A stretch of 64,000 nt of DNA from a virus (Duplodnaviria; Caudoviricetes): the IMG/VR virus record IMGVR_UViG_2630968879_000020, positions 32,001 to 96,000 of that record; one strand, written 5' to 3'. The notes under the pieces are model-generated. The model did no database searches. It worked only from the letters and a program-made list of their open reading frames with translations, and was not told the origin of the DNA. The translations under genes were made by a program, and so were the position numbers. This document shows, in pieces, positions 61,773 to 64,000 of this stretch. The stretch's first letter is position 1, and every line of letters starts with the position of its first letter.

Positions 61773-64000
61773 AACCGACTTTTCATTAGGTGAATCCACC
61801 ATTAAGGCATCGAAAGCAGTCGAAATTGCAAAGCTAAAAGGCTACAAAGCAATTATTTCCTCTGACACGATGAATATATCCGCTGTTATCCCAATGCAAC
61901 TGGCAGCTTCTGACGAACTCTCAGTAGTATTGGGAAGCCGACTATGTATCGTTGATAACCCTCTTCTTGAATCAGAGAACAAAGCACGTAAAGAGGTTGG
62001 TGAAGAGCTACTTCCGGTTGTGCGCGATTTTAGCTATTCATTTATTGCTATGGTTAAAAATGAAGCCGGTTTTTCTGATCTTTGCTCGTTAATCAGCCTC
62101 GGATATGAACGCAAACAATTTTACAAAACACCACGGCTGGATATTGAGCAAGTAATCGATATATACCAAAGAGGCAATATCGTTTTAATGACTTCCGACT
62201 TTGACAGCGTATTTCGCCGTCGTGATTACATAGCGATTATGGAAAAGTTGGCATTTGTAAACCGTGATGATCTGTATGCTGCCATATATCCTATGGCTTC
62301 ACCTTTCTTTGACCAGATTAATATTAAATCTTCTCTTGCTGCCGATACTCTTTCACTGAAAAAGATAGCCTTTTACCCTGCGTATTACGAAATGCCCGAA
62401 GATGCAGATCTGAAAGATGTCGCATATCAAGTATGCAACAACGTCAAATCAGATCAAATACACCGCATGAGAATCCCTTATGTGCGTGACAATGCGATTA
62501 ACGATCGTGTACATCTACTCAAGAGTCTTCAAGAGTTCAGTGCGCGAACATCAACACCTGTCACATCGGCAATGGTTTCCACCATGCAAGATGAGCTAAT
62601 AGAAAAATGCAAATGGCGCTGGCACAAGATGGATGTTGTTTTACCTAAAATGTCAGACGATGAAACTGCAACATTGAAAACAATGGCGGCGACTGGACTT
62701 AAAGCCAAGCTGACAGGGAAATCATTTGGCTATACGCCACCATCAACACAATGGCAGGTCTATATTGATCGTTTGAAGTACGAGTTAGAGGTGTTAAGTC
62801 GTTTAGGATTTTGCGGTTACTTCCTGCTGGTTTCAGATCTTATGCAACACGCACTAAAAACCAAAATACCAGTAGGCGCTGGGCGTGGTTCTGTAGGGGG
62901 TTCTCTTGTTGCATGGTGCATAGGCATCACTGATGTAGACCCCATCCGTCATGGTCTACTTTTTGAACGTTTCATTAACCCTGAGCGTCTGGATTTACCC
63001 GATGCCGATTTGGACTTTTCTCAAGCCAAACGTCACCTTGCTATTCAGTATCTTTATGATAAATACGGTCAGGACTACGTTGCCGGTATTGTTAACTATT
63101 CATATTTAGGAGCTGCATCGGCAATCCGTGATTCAGCAAGGATTTTCAACGTCCCGACAAGTGATCTTTCCGTTTCAAAAGAAGTGGGTTGGGCTGCTAA
63201 AGAAGGTGATAACCTCCCACTCGAAGAACTCCGTGTCGAGTTGGCATCACTAGACAGATACGCAAATAAATATCCACAAGCCTTTTCCGCAGCCTGTAAG
63301 TTAAAAAGCATGATGCGAAGCTATGGTCGTCACGCTGCCGGGATGATTGTTTCCAGTGTACCAATCCGTGAGCGGGCTGTGATAGAACTTCGTGGGGATG
63401 AGCGAGTCATCAACTGGGATAAGCGCCATTGTGAAGACATGGGATTAATCAAATTAGACGTGTTAGGGCTGGCTACGCTCGATTTACTGCAATTGGCAGT
63501 TGATTATATAGATGAGCGTTATGGCTCCGGTACAGTGAAGTTAAATGAGGTGTCACTTGATGATCCTAAAGTCATGGCAAACTTTGCTGATGGACGTACT
63601 AAAGGTGTTTTCCAGCTTGAATCTGCCCCAATGCGTAAGTTACTTAAAGATTTAGGCGGTGGTCTTGATCCCATTTCATTTGAAACGGTTGTTGCTACAA
63701 CAGCGTTATTCCGACCCGGCCCGATTCAATCAGGCATGTTAGATACGTTTGTTGGAGTCTCTAAAGGCTTCCATGAACCAAGTTCACTTCACCCGAAACT
63801 TGATGAGCTAACCAAAGAAACAAACAGCGTTATTCTCTACCAAGAACAAACCATGAAAACAGTGCAAATACTCGGTGGTTTTACACTTGCCGAGGCTGAT
63901 GGTGTCCGTAAAGCTATCGGCAAGAAAGATACTGCAAAAATGGCTTCGATGGGTACTCTATTCAAAGCACAAGCTGGAGCTGGTTGGGTTGATGTGTTAT
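61753..64000 (+). CDS. dnaE: DNA polymerase III alpha subunit (partial, runs off the window)
   Basis: Read manually: MQALLARTDFSLGES (PHP), GRGSVGGSLVA, LLFERFINPERLDLPDADLDF, GRHAAG, KLDVLGL, GVFQLES. Confidence 0.93.
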   Translation, partial: MQALLARTDFSLGESTIKASKAVEIAKLKGYKAIISSDTMNISAVIPMQLAASDELSVVLGSRLCIVDNPLLESENKARKEVGEELLPVVRDFSYSFIAMVKNEAGFSDLCSLISLGYERKQFYKTPRLDIEQVIDIYQRGNIVLMTSDFDSVFRRRDYIAIMEKLAFVNRDDLYAAIYPMASPFFDQINIKSSLAADTLSLKKIAFYPAYYEMPEDADLKDVAYQVCNNVKSDQIHRMRIPYVRDNAINDRVHLLKSLQEFSARTSTPVTSAMVSTMQDELIEKCKWRWHKMDVVLPKMSDDETATLKTMAATGLKAKLTGKSFGYTPPSTQWQVYIDRLKYELEVLSRLGFCGYFLLVSDLMQHALKTKIPVGAGRGSVGGSLVAWCIGITDVDPIRHGLLFERFINPERLDLPDADLDFSQAKRHLAIQYLYDKYGQDYVAGIVNYSYLGAASAIRDSARIFNVPTSDLSVSKEVGWAAKEGDNLPLEELRVELASLDRYANKYPQAFSAACKLKSMMRSYGRHAAGMIVSSVPIRERAVIELRGDERVINWDKRHCEDMGLIKLDVLGLATLDLLQLAVDYIDERYGSGTVKLNEVSLDDPKVMANFADGRTKGVFQLESAPMRKLLKDLGGGLDPISFETVVATTALFRPGPIQSGMLDTFVGVSKGFHEPSSLHPKLDELTKETNSVILYQEQTMKTVQILGGFTLAEADGVRKAIGKKDTAKMASMGTLFKAQAGAGWVDVL

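Overview
This window is a ~64-kb segment of a large temperate siphophage or phage-plasmid with SSU5/pHCM2-like gene order (inferred), probably from a Morganellaceae-type host such as Xenorhabdus or Photorhabdus. In order it holds: cargo genes; an SF2 helicase; a ParB-ParB-ABC ATPase-GNAT-wHTH operon directly upstream of the terminase; a complete head and lambda-like tail module with a J tip and a long modular fibre; a lysis cassette interrupted by a tip-accessory/Cor block; parA and its partner; an Hfq-like gene, DnaB and primase; an accessory island (orphan gp38-like adhesin, BrnTA, Rpn, C4-like RNA, Ner, HigBA, an SOS-controlled HNH colicin with immunity gene, IS1, a TacAT-type pair); a tyrosine recombinase and XRE regulator; CobT/CobS; and a dnaE that runs off the end. 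The main unexplained signals are a candidate packaging-linked DNA acylation operon, a 10-copy palindromic operator (TAAGTA-N6-TACYTA), receptor-binding genes dispersed away from the tail locus, a fibre built from repeat-delimited modules, and a ~34-bp inverted-repeat family flanking cargo cassettes. All calls come from reading motifs by eye; no searches were run.
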